Source: Candidatus Tenderia sp.
GTDB lineage: Bacteria; Pseudomonadota; Gammaproteobacteria; Tenderiales; Tenderiaceae
Reading direction: 5' to 3'
NCBI GenBank assembly: GCA_031416075.1
Contig: JANOSY010000085.1
Span: 1 to 64,000, forward strand
Length of the DNA stretch: 64,000 bases
Shown here piece by piece: positions 38,629-47,391 of the stretch (its first letter is position 1; each line of letters opens with the position of its first letter). Made by a program: the position numbers and the translations under genes. The notes beneath the pieces are model-generated. The model was not told the origin of the DNA, ran no database searches, and saw only the letters and a program-made list of their open reading frames with translations.

Positions 38629-38779
38629 GGCGGGCCCTCCTCTCTTGCAGCAGCTCCAGCAGATTGATCATGGACTGTTTCTCCTGCTCCTCGGTGGGGC
38701 GTGGTTCACCCTCGCCAGCGCCGTCGTGCTGTGGCGCTGCTTCGACATTGGCAATCATCTCGTTAATCACAACCGCCAT
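38615..38779 (-). CDS. 54-aa small CIS protein (Afp6-like), not in the ORF track
   Basis: Hand-translated MAVVINEMIANVEAAPQ...LLELLQERRARLAID*; fills the gap exactly, with a TGATG overlap upstream and an overlap into the hub gene. Confidence 0.75.
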   Translation of the reverse strand: MAVVINEMIANVEAAPQHDGAGEGEPRPTEEQEKQSMINLLELLQERRARLAID

Positions 38780-39483
38780 CAACGACCTCCGCTCTGTGCG
38801 CTGCTGTTGGGTACATTGACGCCGTTGTCTGGCGTGGTGCGTGGGTTTTCAAGGTTGTTGGCGTCGGCCACGCCGCGCCAGTCACGCGGGTTTTGACCGG
38901 CAGCCTGGGTGGCCTGCGCGGCGCTGACACCCGCACCACCGGGGGTAAACTTGGGCAGCTCGCGCACGGCGGCCTGTACGGCTTCGTCCATATCAAACTG
39001 GTAGCGATCCTCCTTGAGGTTGAGTGCTAGGGTGGCGCGCAACGGAATCCCCTCAGGGGCAAAAAAATCGAGGGTCTCGCTGTAGCTGGAGACCATGCCG
39101 CTGAACTGGAAGCTGCCCCACTGAAAGCGGCAGCGTTTGGGCGCCTTGGGACGTTTGGAGTTGGGCTCCTGCGGCTGCATGAACTGCTCGGCGATGCGTC
39201 TGGTCTGTTTGCGCACGTCGGAGTTGGCCTGTACCGCTTTCCACTTGATGGTGGTATCGAAGAGTAGCTCTACACTCAGGTTGGATTCGCTCTTTTCGAC
39301 AAACTGGGCGGCGTTGCGGCTGCCGCCACTGCCACCTTTGTTGTCGGCCTTGAGGCTGTTGGATAGGGTGACCTTGAGCGTGGCCGGATTGAACTGCACC
39401 TCGATATGTTGGTTTTCGTCGGTGACAACCTTGTCGCCCTCCATCGGGATCAGTTTGGCATGTGCGATCTTGATGTCAGCCAT
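38779..39483 (-). CDS. Afp7-like tube initiator with a degenerate LysM domain
   Basis: VQFNPATL, LSVELLFDT, P..CRFQWG, FFAPEGIPLRA, WRGVADANNLENPR. Confidence 0.88.
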   Translation of the reverse strand: MADIKIAHAKLIPMEGDKVVTDENQHIEVQFNPATLKVTLSNSLKADNKGGSGGSRNAAQFVEKSESNLSVELLFDTTIKWKAVQANSDVRKQTRRIAEQFMQPQEPNSKRPKAPKRCRFQWGSFQFSGMVSSYSETLDFFAPEGIPLRATLALNLKEDRYQFDMDEAVQAAVRELPKFTPGGAGVSAAQATQAAGQNPRDWRGVADANNLENPRTTPDNGVNVPNSSAQSGGR

Positions 39484-39489
39484 TTTTTT

Positions 39490-39975
39490 CTACTTCGTTC
39501 CTTGTGTGGGAGGCCGTTCCAGGGTCAGCCCCTCATGCACCAGATGCAGCTCCTCCACGGCCACCTGACTGGCAGTGGCGGAGAGATCGGGACCCTTGAA
39601 TTTGGTGGGCAGCACGTTGATAAGATTCCAACGCAAGGCGGGCTCTCCTGAGGGGAGAAACACCTCGATCATGCCGCTGTAACGCAGGCCATAGTTGGCG
39701 CTGCGGGTGGTGGTTTCGAACCAGCTCCAGAGATGGTCGATGTCGGTGATGCCGCGCTTCAGGATCACCGGCGGAAAGGTGACCGGACCGGAGAGCTGCA
39801 CCTCGCCCCAGTTGCGGCCACCCTCTTTGTGGGTTTTGGGTGTCATGCTCGCCTCCAGTCCGGAGACCTCGCTGAAGGCTCCCTGGCACAGCTCCTGGCT
39901 GACATCCGCGCTGTCGAAAAGGGTGACGCGGAAGCGAAAGGGGATGAATTCACCGGGTACGCTGTCGTCAGCCAT
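39490..39975 (-). CDS. Tail tube protein 2 (T4 gp19-like, Afp5-like)
   Basis: FRFRV, FSEVSGLE, EGGRN, LKRG, P.KFKGP.LSA..SQVAVEEL. Start ATG 39975. Confidence 0.9.
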   Translation of the reverse strand: MADDSVPGEFIPFRFRVTLFDSADVSQELCQGAFSEVSGLEASMTPKTHKEGGRNWGEVQLSGPVTFPPVILKRGITDIDHLWSWFETTTRSANYGLRYSGMIEVFLPSGEPALRWNLINVLPTKFKGPDLSATASQVAVEELHLVHEGLTLERPPTQGTK

Positions 39976-41557
39976 TGGCAACCTCAATGTCGGTGCTGGT
40001 CCCGGTGCTGTGGCGATTCTGCATGAAGGTGATACGCAGCCGGTCGATGGGGTAGGCCGGGGCGATCTCGATATCGAAGGCGATGAGGTTGTCGCCATCA
40101 TTGCGTTGGGTCAGGGTGAAACCATCCTCAGCCCGGCGACCGCGCAGTGCGCCGAGGCCATGGAGCCGGGTGAAGAAGGCACGCAGCGCCAGCGCCGGAC
40201 GTGGGTCGCGTGGATCGACATCAAAGATCATCCGTTCGCCCAGCCCCTGGAGTTCACGCCGTAACCAGCCCATAAAACGCATGATCTCGGCGGAGCGCCA
40301 GTGTTCGTCGTTGCGTCGTTCACTACTGAGTTGTTGCAGTGCGGCGGCGGGCAGACACGGTGCACACATCCGTTCGTCATCCACCACGGTGCGGCTGGCG
40401 CGGTGCAGCAGCACAGTTACGCCGGGGCGGTTGCGCAGTGCCGTGGCGCCCTGTTGATTCAGCGGCGGCCACGGCAGGCAGCGCCCCGGCAGCGGCCGGG
40501 CACCGATGGAGCGCCACGGGCCGTGCTGCTGGCTCACCATCGCCTGCATTCCGGCGACCAGACCTACGGCTGTACCGAGTCTGCGGTCCGGTCCACGCAG
40601 ATAGGGGTAGAGCAGTTGCAGGTGACGGATGGCCTCGGTCAGGGTGCCGCGTGACCCATCAACCAACAGACCATCGTCATCGATGCCGACGGCCTGGGCG
40701 AGGCAGTCGAGAAACTCGGGGGCCGGACCGGGGCGTTCACTGCCGGGGATGGCGGCGAGCGCCACGCTCAGCAGACACTGCATGTCGGGGCGCAGCCGCG
40801 CCAGGGTGCGGGCGATGGGAGTCACCACCTCACGCGAGGCGAGGGGTTCAGGCATTTGCGGGATTTCGTCCGCGTGGCGTCGTTCGCGGTGGCCGTCGCC
40901 CAGATCGGCACCGCAGGGCAAAAAGACCGGTGGTGGGCTGTCGAGACGTACTCTTGGAATATCTTCAAGGTGGGATGGAATCTGTAATCGTTCCAGGTCC
41001 GGCAGCGCCAGTATGCCCGCCCGTGGAATCAGCAGCGCCCGTTCAAAGGGGCCTAATGTCTCTGGTTCGACCATGTTGGCGTTGGCCGTTGGCAGGAATG
41101 GTTGGCTGCCTGCCGCTTCATCGACGCGGATGATCCAGAGTTTGAGTGTCTGGCCATCGCCGCTGCTTTCAAAAAAATCCTGCACTGCCAGTGGTAGCCA
41201 GGCATGTTCGCCACCGAGCACGCTGCGATACTGCGTGGCGGTCTCGAAGGTGTCGGGGAAGAGCGCCTGAAATTGACCAAAGGAGTAGAGCGGGATCGGC
41301 AGGTTGTAGAGCGCCAGTAGCGTTGCATCGTCTGCCGTTGCCGGGACGCCTGCTGCCAGGTCACGCAGACGTGAACACTCCTGAGTGAAGCCAAGCTGAG
41401 TAATCTCGGCCAGCAACATTGCATCGCTGGCAAGCCGCCGCCACTGGATGCGCTCTGCGGGCGATGGACAGTGGCCGATCATCACCACCTCCAGCACGGT
41501 CTGTGCCGGAGGTGTCGGACGGGCGTCGAGTTCGATGCGGTTGTCGGCGAACAGCAT
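39968..41557 (-). CDS. Divergent second tail sheath protein
   Basis: PIPLYSFGQF...LAVQDFF...WIIRV N-terminus; RFMGWLRR...IFD...GALRG...IAPAYPI C-terminal sheath pattern. Confidence 0.7.
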   Translation of the reverse strand: MLFADNRIELDARPTPPAQTVLEVVMIGHCPSPAERIQWRRLASDAMLLAEITQLGFTQECSRLRDLAAGVPATADDATLLALYNLPIPLYSFGQFQALFPDTFETATQYRSVLGGEHAWLPLAVQDFFESSGDGQTLKLWIIRVDEAAGSQPFLPTANANMVEPETLGPFERALLIPRAGILALPDLERLQIPSHLEDIPRVRLDSPPPVFLPCGADLGDGHRERRHADEIPQMPEPLASREVVTPIARTLARLRPDMQCLLSVALAAIPGSERPGPAPEFLDCLAQAVGIDDDGLLVDGSRGTLTEAIRHLQLLYPYLRGPDRRLGTAVGLVAGMQAMVSQQHGPWRSIGARPLPGRCLPWPPLNQQGATALRNRPGVTVLLHRASRTVVDDERMCAPCLPAAALQQLSSERRNDEHWRSAEIMRFMGWLRRELQGLGERMIFDVDPRDPRPALALRAFFTRLHGLGALRGRRAEDGFTLTQRNDGDNLIAFDIEIAPAYPIDRLRITFMQNRHSTGTSTDIEVANG

Positions 41558-41560
41558 TGC

Positions 41561-42019
41561 TTACTCCTGGGTGACCATCTCGACCGACAGCACCAGCTCT
41601 TCAATCGCCACATCACCGCCGCCCTTGGCGGTGAGGGTGGGGCCGGTCCATTTGATGGGCATGGCGCTGACCAGTTTCCAGGTGACGACGGTGCTGTCAC
41701 GGTCTTCGCTCTGGAGTTTGATAACGATGTTGCGCTTGGCCTCCTTGAGGTTGCCGTTACGGCACTTCTCCAGCCATTCGTAGAGGTTCTGTGCGCCAAT
41801 GACACCACGCTTGAGGGTGACGTCCCCGGCCTTGTGGATGCCGGGCAGTTTGTTGACATAGTTCACCTTGGAGTTGCCGGCGCGGTATTCCGCAACGGTG
41901 ACCTCGGCGTTGAGGCCTGAGACCTCTGAAAATCCGGCCTGAATCTCCTGGCCCTGGCCGGGTTCGATCTCCACCAGAAAGTTGAAGGCGGAGTAGGGTG
42001 TATCGCGTAAAGTTGCCAT
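41561..42019 (-). CDS. Major tail tube protein (T4 gp19-like, Afp1-like)
   Basis: PYSAFNFLVEI, GFSEVSGL, EYRAGN, KLPG, VTLKRG, P.KWTGP.L.A....VAIEEL. Confidence 0.95.
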   Translation of the reverse strand: MATLRDTPYSAFNFLVEIEPGQGQEIQAGFSEVSGLNAEVTVAEYRAGNSKVNYVNKLPGIHKAGDVTLKRGVIGAQNLYEWLEKCRNGNLKEAKRNIVIKLQSEDRDSTVVTWKLVSAMPIKWTGPTLTAKGGGDVAIEELVLSVEMVTQE

Positions 42020-42045
42020 CTATTCAGATCTCCTCGTAATCGCTA

Positions 42046-44202
42046 TTAGGCGTCGGCGGTCTTCTGGCCGATGCGGAAAATGACAAACTCGGCGGGGGTG
42101 AGCGCGGCTACGCCGACGACACAGACCATGCGGCCGTTGTCGATGTCGTTCTGGGTCATCGTGGACCTGTCGCAACGGACGAAGTAGGCCTCTTTCGGGG
42201 TGCTGCCGAGCAGCCGTCCGCTCTTCCATTCGTTAAAGACAAAATCCTCAACCGTGCTGCGGATGTTGGACCAGAGCGCTTCGCCATTCGGTTCAAACAC
42301 TGCCCATTGGGTGGATTTTTCGATCGAGCGTTCGAGGTAGAGGAAGTAGCGCCGTACGTTGACATATTTCCATTCGGGGTCGCTGGAGAGGGTACGTCCA
42401 CCCCAGATCCGATGGCCACGGCCAGGGAAGGAGCGCAGGCAGTTGATGCCATTGGGGTTGAGCAGCTCCTGCTGGAATTTGTTGATCTGCTGTTCGAAAC
42501 GCAGCGCCCCCATTACCACTTCGTTGGCGGGTGACTTGTGCACACCACGCTCAACATCGGTACGGACATAGACACCGGCGATGAAGCCGGCGGGGGGGAC
42601 TGCCAGTTCGTTGCGGACACCAGTGGGGTCGGCGATGACCACCCAGGGGTAGTAGAGTGCCAGACGGCTGTCGTCAAAGTCGTTACGGAAGGCGCGTACT
42701 TCACCCAGTGACATGCCCAGGCGACTGTCGGCAATACCGATGCGGTAACGCATCTTGCGGCAGTGTTTCTGTACCCCCATCAGCACTGCCTTGTGTGTTG
42801 CTGCATGGGCCGCAGCAGCGGGAGTCATGACGATGGATATATCTTCAATCCCTTCGAGGGAGGCCAGGCCGGTGCTGCCGTTGGTCTCATCCTCTTCACC
42901 GGCGTAGTCGATGGCGACGGGAACGTTGCCATCGGTTCCATCCTTGAGTTCGATGATGTAGCGCGGATCATCGAGTGAGTTGGCAGGTGGTTGCAGATCA
43001 GCCTGTACATAGAGTGCTTCGAGTGCAGCAAGTACCTTGGCGCCTGTAATGGCTGCACCAAATTTACTGGAGATGGGCTGTGCCAGCTGCGCGGCCTTTT
43101 TCTCTGGTGTGGCAGTGAAGATGCTGTCGAGGCTTTGATCGGTGCCGGGGGCGATGGTGATGGCGGCAGCACGCCAGATGACCTCGCCGTTTTTGTCACC
43201 GCGGTGTACATCGAGATCGAACAGCGATGCTGCAACACTCTTTATATCGACGAGGTTGTTGCCCAGCGCCGCCAATGGCAGCTCCAGATCACCCGTCAGC
43301 GAGGCGTTGCGGGTGGCGGGCAGGGAGAGTGTGTCACCCTTGATGTTGATGAAACCGATAAAGGTTGTGCCAGCGCCGAGCACCCAACTGCTGTTGAGTG
43401 TGGTGAGATCAACAGCTTTTTTTAACTTCAGCACTGCCGCTGTGCCGTCGGCCAGTACACCGTTGGTAGGGCGACGGGCGCGGATGCGGTAGACGTGGGT
43501 GGTGGCAGCGGGCAGCTCGGCAATATTCAAACCGGCCAGGGCAGTATCGTCAACAGGATCACCCGTGGTTGAGTCGGTGGTGATCGCCGTGCCGATCACT
43601 TCGTAGTTCGCGCCGTTACGTTTGACCACGGCCTTGACGTTGACCGGAAATTTGTCATTGGCCGGGCCGGTGGTCTTGGCGCTGGCGGGCACATTTTTGA
43701 CATCGATAAAAACAATCTCATCCTGATCTGCCGTGCCCAGCTGGGTGCTGGTGAGCAGGTGTTCACTCTCTTTCCAGTGCAGCTCCAATGTGTAGTTGCC
43801 CATGGCGCCGGGGAAGCGTGACTGAAAGCTGACATCGGTAACTGACGCCTTGCTCTTGGCCAGGATGGCGCTGGCGCCGCTGCCATCAGCACTTACATCA
43901 TTTACCCCCTGAATGACACGCGCCACATAGAGCTGCTTGCCACCGTTGTCGAAAAAGGCGCGGGCGGCGTGGGCGGTGTAGTTGGGCACGGGGGTTGAAA
44001 CATCGGAGAAGGTTAGATCGTTGGCATCACCAAAGATGCGCTCGAATTCGGCATAACTGGTGACCACCTCCGGCGCGCCGCGTAGCGGTCCGGTACGGGT
44101 GGGACCCACTAGTGAAGAGACGCTGGTACCGACCCCTTCAATGGATTTATGGCGAAAACTGGTCTCCTCTATAAATACTCCGGGGGCTAGGTATTCAGGC
44201 AT
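42046..44202 (-). CDS. Major contractile tail sheath protein
   Basis: MPEYLAPGVFIEE, FFDNGG, ALYYPW, RGVHKSPANE, YVNVRR, WAVFEPN, PAEFVIFRI. Confidence 0.97.
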   Translation of the reverse strand: MPEYLAPGVFIEETSFRHKSIEGVGTSVSSLVGPTRTGPLRGAPEVVTSYAEFERIFGDANDLTFSDVSTPVPNYTAHAARAFFDNGGKQLYVARVIQGVNDVSADGSGASAILAKSKASVTDVSFQSRFPGAMGNYTLELHWKESEHLLTSTQLGTADQDEIVFIDVKNVPASAKTTGPANDKFPVNVKAVVKRNGANYEVIGTAITTDSTTGDPVDDTALAGLNIAELPAATTHVYRIRARRPTNGVLADGTAAVLKLKKAVDLTTLNSSWVLGAGTTFIGFINIKGDTLSLPATRNASLTGDLELPLAALGNNLVDIKSVAASLFDLDVHRGDKNGEVIWRAAAITIAPGTDQSLDSIFTATPEKKAAQLAQPISSKFGAAITGAKVLAALEALYVQADLQPPANSLDDPRYIIELKDGTDGNVPVAIDYAGEEDETNGSTGLASLEGIEDISIVMTPAAAAHAATHKAVLMGVQKHCRKMRYRIGIADSRLGMSLGEVRAFRNDFDDSRLALYYPWVVIADPTGVRNELAVPPAGFIAGVYVRTDVERGVHKSPANEVVMGALRFEQQINKFQQELLNPNGINCLRSFPGRGHRIWGGRTLSSDPEWKYVNVRRYFLYLERSIEKSTQWAVFEPNGEALWSNIRSTVEDFVFNEWKSGRLLGSTPKEAYFVRCDRSTMTQNDIDNGRMVCVVGVAALTPAEFVIFRIGQKTADA

Positions 44203-44232
44203 GTCGCTATTCTCCTTCCGTTGAACTAACGG

Positions 44233-45021
44233 TTACGTTGATTTAAGAACGATTAGGGTGTGATTCGGACTGACAACTTTGGCAACGGTCCCTGGTGCTA
44301 TTGCCAGATTGAGCGTTTTAACAAACAGGCTGTTGCCACCACTGTTTTTGCCGTTGGCGATGTCGACTTGGGTGAGTGTATCCGGGTCAACAAGCGCTTC
44401 AGGCGCTGTGGAGTGCAGAGCCTTAACTTCAAGTGTTGCGCTGTAGGTTGTGGTGGGTGCATCTTTGGTGAGAGCAGGCAGGCGGTTCAGTGGCAGAGAG
44501 AATTCGCCATGAATATCCGACTGGGCGACAAATTTAAGCGGTGCACCGAGTGAGGGTGTCACTGTCAGTGTTATGAGTGCCCATGCTGCGGTGTTGCCAT
44601 CATCAAAACCTACTTGACCATAAATGCCGCCAGCATTGCTGAAACGTGCCCCAAAAGGTGAGTGGTAGAGCGAAACCTGATGTTCGCTGTTGGAACCTAT
44701 AGTGAAGGAGAATATACGTGGCAGATAGCGGCCAGAGGGGTCGGAGACGTTGCCGTCGATTGGATAGGATGTGATCGATTGTGCCGTTTTGTCTGCGTCG
44801 GTTGCAATGCCCTTAACGACCTTCGATGGTCCGGCGCTGTTTTTATGCCAGAGTAAAGTGCCTTGAGGTTTGTGGTGTACGTAGAGCGCTTGTGGGGCTC
44901 TGTTAAATTCGATACGTAAGGTTGCAGGGGGGATGCGCTGAGGTGGTTTGTTGGCGAAGCCGCTGCGTTCGTGCCACTCGACCAGATCACCTCCGTGGAT
45001 GATTAATGTTTCGGTAATCAT
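44233..45021 (-). CDS. Beta-rich hypothetical protein between cap and sheath (possible cap adaptor)
   Basis: ATGA-coupled to the DUF4255 gene; Ig/carboxypeptidase-regulatory-like strand pattern. Confidence 0.6.
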   Translation of the reverse strand: MITETLIIHGGDLVEWHERSGFANKPPQRIPPATLRIEFNRAPQALYVHHKPQGTLLWHKNSAGPSKVVKGIATDADKTAQSITSYPIDGNVSDPSGRYLPRIFSFTIGSNSEHQVSLYHSPFGARFSNAGGIYGQVGFDDGNTAAWALITLTVTPSLGAPLKFVAQSDIHGEFSLPLNRLPALTKDAPTTTYSATLEVKALHSTAPEALVDPDTLTQVDIANGKNSGGNSLFVKTLNLAIAPGTVAKVVSPNHTLIVLKST

Positions 45022-45608
45022 TTGTTGTTCTCCATACGTGTATCCATAGGATAAACGAGGGTTTTGACTAATGGCCCTTCGTCACGTTCATCATCAGGGG
45101 ATAGCCGTAATGTTTTGATGATGTAGGGAACAGATAGGCGATATCCACCAGGAAAGCTATCCCACAGACGGGTGAGATCCTCGGTGCTCATCTCTTCAGG
45201 TATCACTTGTACCGAGTCGGTCTCCCCCCAGCTTGGGTCAGCGATGCCAACTTCAGCAATGCCGAGATTCATGGCGCTGCCGATGATTTGCATGGCGGTG
45301 GAAAGATAGGTGACTTCAGCTTCGTTTTTGTCGCTCCAGCCGACCAATAAAATATGCAGATTAACCGGCAGTTCAGGGCGTGGAGTTTTTCTTCCCTCGG
45401 CGGCGGCCAGATGGCGGTTGCGGGCGTAAGGATCCACGGCGATTCGATAGAGGTAGATGCCCAGCGATTCAGAGGTGGGTGTTCCGCTTAACTCTTGCGA
45501 ACCCAGCAGTTTGACGTTTGGATTGCCGCCAAGTAGGGCGGCCATGCGTAGCGACAGGCGCTCTTTTAACGCTTGTAAGACCCCCATGCTTGCACGATAT
45601 CCAGCCAT
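45018..45608 (-). CDS. DUF4255 tail terminator/cap protein (Afp16-like)
   Basis: LGIYLYRI..D...RN, LPVNLHIL, LTRLW...YRLSVPY; first gene of the operon. Confidence 0.9.
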   Translation of the reverse strand: MAGYRASMGVLQALKERLSLRMAALLGGNPNVKLLGSQELSGTPTSESLGIYLYRIAVDPYARNRHLAAAEGRKTPRPELPVNLHILLVGWSDKNEAEVTYLSTAMQIIGSAMNLGIAEVGIADPSWGETDSVQVIPEEMSTEDLTRLWDSFPGGYRLSVPYIIKTLRLSPDDERDEGPLVKTLVYPMDTRMENNK

Positions 45609-45804
45609 GCCAATCTCCCTGGCGTTGATAATTGTTGATTAAATCACTTGCTTGACAACACCGGTATTGATGACTGTTTTACTAGGTTTTTAATGGTGTT
45701 AAAAACAGTGGCGATGGATTTATGTTGTCACACCTGAAATTTCTTGTACACAGAGATTTGTGTGAAAATTTCACAGAAATAAAATATTTTTTCTGTCGGG
45801 GCTT

Positions 45805-45844
45805 TAAGGGCAGTTGATACTCTGAATAGTATCAATTGCCCTTA
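45805..45844. terminator. 17-bp-stem hairpin downstream of the Dyp gene and upstream of the CIS promoter region
   Basis: taagggcagttgatact-ctgaat-agtatcaattgccctta (one mismatch). Confidence 0.65.
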
Positions 45845-45865
45845 TTGAGGGAGAGGAGGGGGGAA

Positions 45866-46747
45866 CTATTTTTTGAGCGCACGTAAATTTAAACAGTTGT
45901 TTTTGATGGGGGGGCACCAGTAATAACCGCCAGAGATGGGGCGTGAAAATGTAAACAGGGCATCGGTGATGCCATCTTCATAACCTGCCATGCGCTCTAG
46001 CATCATCTCAAAACTATCGAGCGAGTTGACGAAGGCGACAAAATTAAGTCCGGCTTCATTGCCTTCACTCCATGGCATGGAGCGGCGCACCATAAATGCC
46101 TCGGGGCTAAAGCTCTCTTGTGCTGTGCGTTTTACATGGGCTGAATCGGGGGCGTGCTCCAGCTCCTGATTGTCGCTTTTGCGGCGGCCAACGGTTGCAT
46201 CCTGTTCGTCGTCAGACATGTGTTCGAAATGGTCAAAGTTGTGTTGCCACTGTTGTACTGCCACAAAACTTGAACCGTCTATGCCATCCCCCATGCCATG
46301 GATGATGGCGGCATTAATGGCTTCATTTTCTTTTGGATTTTCTGTGCCATCTTCATAGCCGGTGAGATCAAGCCCCTTGCCATGTTTAAATCCGTCAAGT
46401 ACTTCATGCAACCTAAAGTCGTTGGCCAGTGCGTGCTCTAGTTTGCGTGACCGCAGGTGCAGCTCACCAATATCATCGCCACGCAGCCAGAGCCAGAGTG
46501 AGTGTTGTGTGGCGGGGATGTCAAAACCAGGGCCGCTGATGCTGGGGAAGGGGCGTAACCCGGTAATATCTTTGCCCAGTGCGGCCAGCAGTGATGGCCC
46601 TAGACCAACAACAGTTGACTGGCCATCGATGAGTTCTATAAGTGGCTCCAGTGCTGCTAAGTAGTTGTCATCTTCTGGTTCAAAAGTGAAAAACATGTAT
46701 CGGGAGTGGTGGGGGATGGGGTGGAGAATGCCTGTCTGATAATTCAT
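45866..46747 (-). CDS. Dyp-type haem peroxidase
   Basis: DLTGYEDGTENP, GSSFVAVQQWQH, SAHVKR, RRSMPW. Start ATG 46747 after GGAG. Confidence 0.95.
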   Translation of the reverse strand: MNYQTGILHPIPHHSRYMFFTFEPEDDNYLAALEPLIELIDGQSTVVGLGPSLLAALGKDITGLRPFPSISGPGFDIPATQHSLWLWLRGDDIGELHLRSRKLEHALANDFRLHEVLDGFKHGKGLDLTGYEDGTENPKENEAINAAIIHGMGDGIDGSSFVAVQQWQHNFDHFEHMSDDEQDATVGRRKSDNQELEHAPDSAHVKRTAQESFSPEAFMVRRSMPWSEGNEAGLNFVAFVNSLDSFEMMLERMAGYEDGITDALFTFSRPISGGYYWCPPIKNNCLNLRALKK

Positions 46748-46776
46748 TAAGATCTCCTGCTGGAATGGATTTTTTC

Positions 46777-47391
46777 TCAATAGTTGCCGTTCTTGGCAGA
46801 TGAGTCAAATTTATTCTCAGGTTCTTTGTGTGGTTTGAATATCAGCGCAGCGACGGCACCGCCTATCGCACCCAGCAGGTGTGATTCGACGATGACTGGG
46901 CCACCTGCCATGTCAACAGTGCCTGGCATGGGGCCATATCTCTGCTCCCACAGCAATTTGGCGATGATCACTATGAGCAGCAGCGCTTCACGATGGTCGC
47001 CACGGCGTATGCCGCCTATGGTACCGGCCACAAACAGGCCGTGCAGCAGGCCGGAGAGTCCGACATACCATGTCACTTCTGGCATGAACCAATGCAGTCC
47101 CAGGGTGACGGTGAGTGCACTGAAGAGGGTGATAAATAACCACCGATCTGTTGTGAATGTGCGCCAGAACAGCCCCCAGATCAGCCCTAGCCCAAGGGCG
47201 TTCAGGATCATGTGCGACCAGCCTAGATGAACGATGTTGCCACTGAGTAGCCGCCATAGCTGATGGGTAGTGAAAATATCTGATTGGTAGCGTAGTAGTT
47301 CAGTGGCTGTGTTGCCGATAAGCGCAAAAATTGTAGAAAACAGAATGAGTATAACTGGGAGTAGGTGGGGGCGTAGACGATCTTGTCTCAT
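46777..47391 (-). CDS. rrtA: Rhombosortase (rhomboid-family intramembrane protease)
   Basis: QLWRLLSG..VH..W.H..LN, YVGLSGLLHGLF, SHLLGAIGG. Confidence 0.8.
   Translation of the reverse strand: MRQDRLRPHLLPVILILFSTIFALIGNTATELLRYQSDIFTTHQLWRLLSGNIVHLGWSHMILNALGLGLIWGLFWRTFTTDRWLFITLFSALTVTLGLHWFMPEVTWYVGLSGLLHGLFVAGTIGGIRRGDHREALLLIVIIAKLLWEQRYGPMPGTVDMAGGPVIVESHLLGAIGGAVAALIFKPHKEPENKFDSSAKNGNY

Larger units (their letters stand above)
14552..45608 (-). other. Afp/PVC-like contractile injection system gene cluster (~31 kb, co-oriented)
   Basis: DUF4255, sheaths, tubes, VgrG halves, gp25, baseplate J, tape measure, AAA+ ATPase and DUF4157 in one orientation; no capsid, terminase or integrase. 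Confidence 0.95.

Noticed and set aside
14552-45608. Prophage or canonical T6SS
   Set aside because: No capsid, portal, terminase or integrase; no TssJLM, ClpV or split TssB/C; DUF4255, DUF4157 and the Afp15-type ATPase indicate a CIS
45866-46747. Encapsulin cargo Dyp
   Set aside because: No C-terminal targeting extension and no encapsulin gene adjacent
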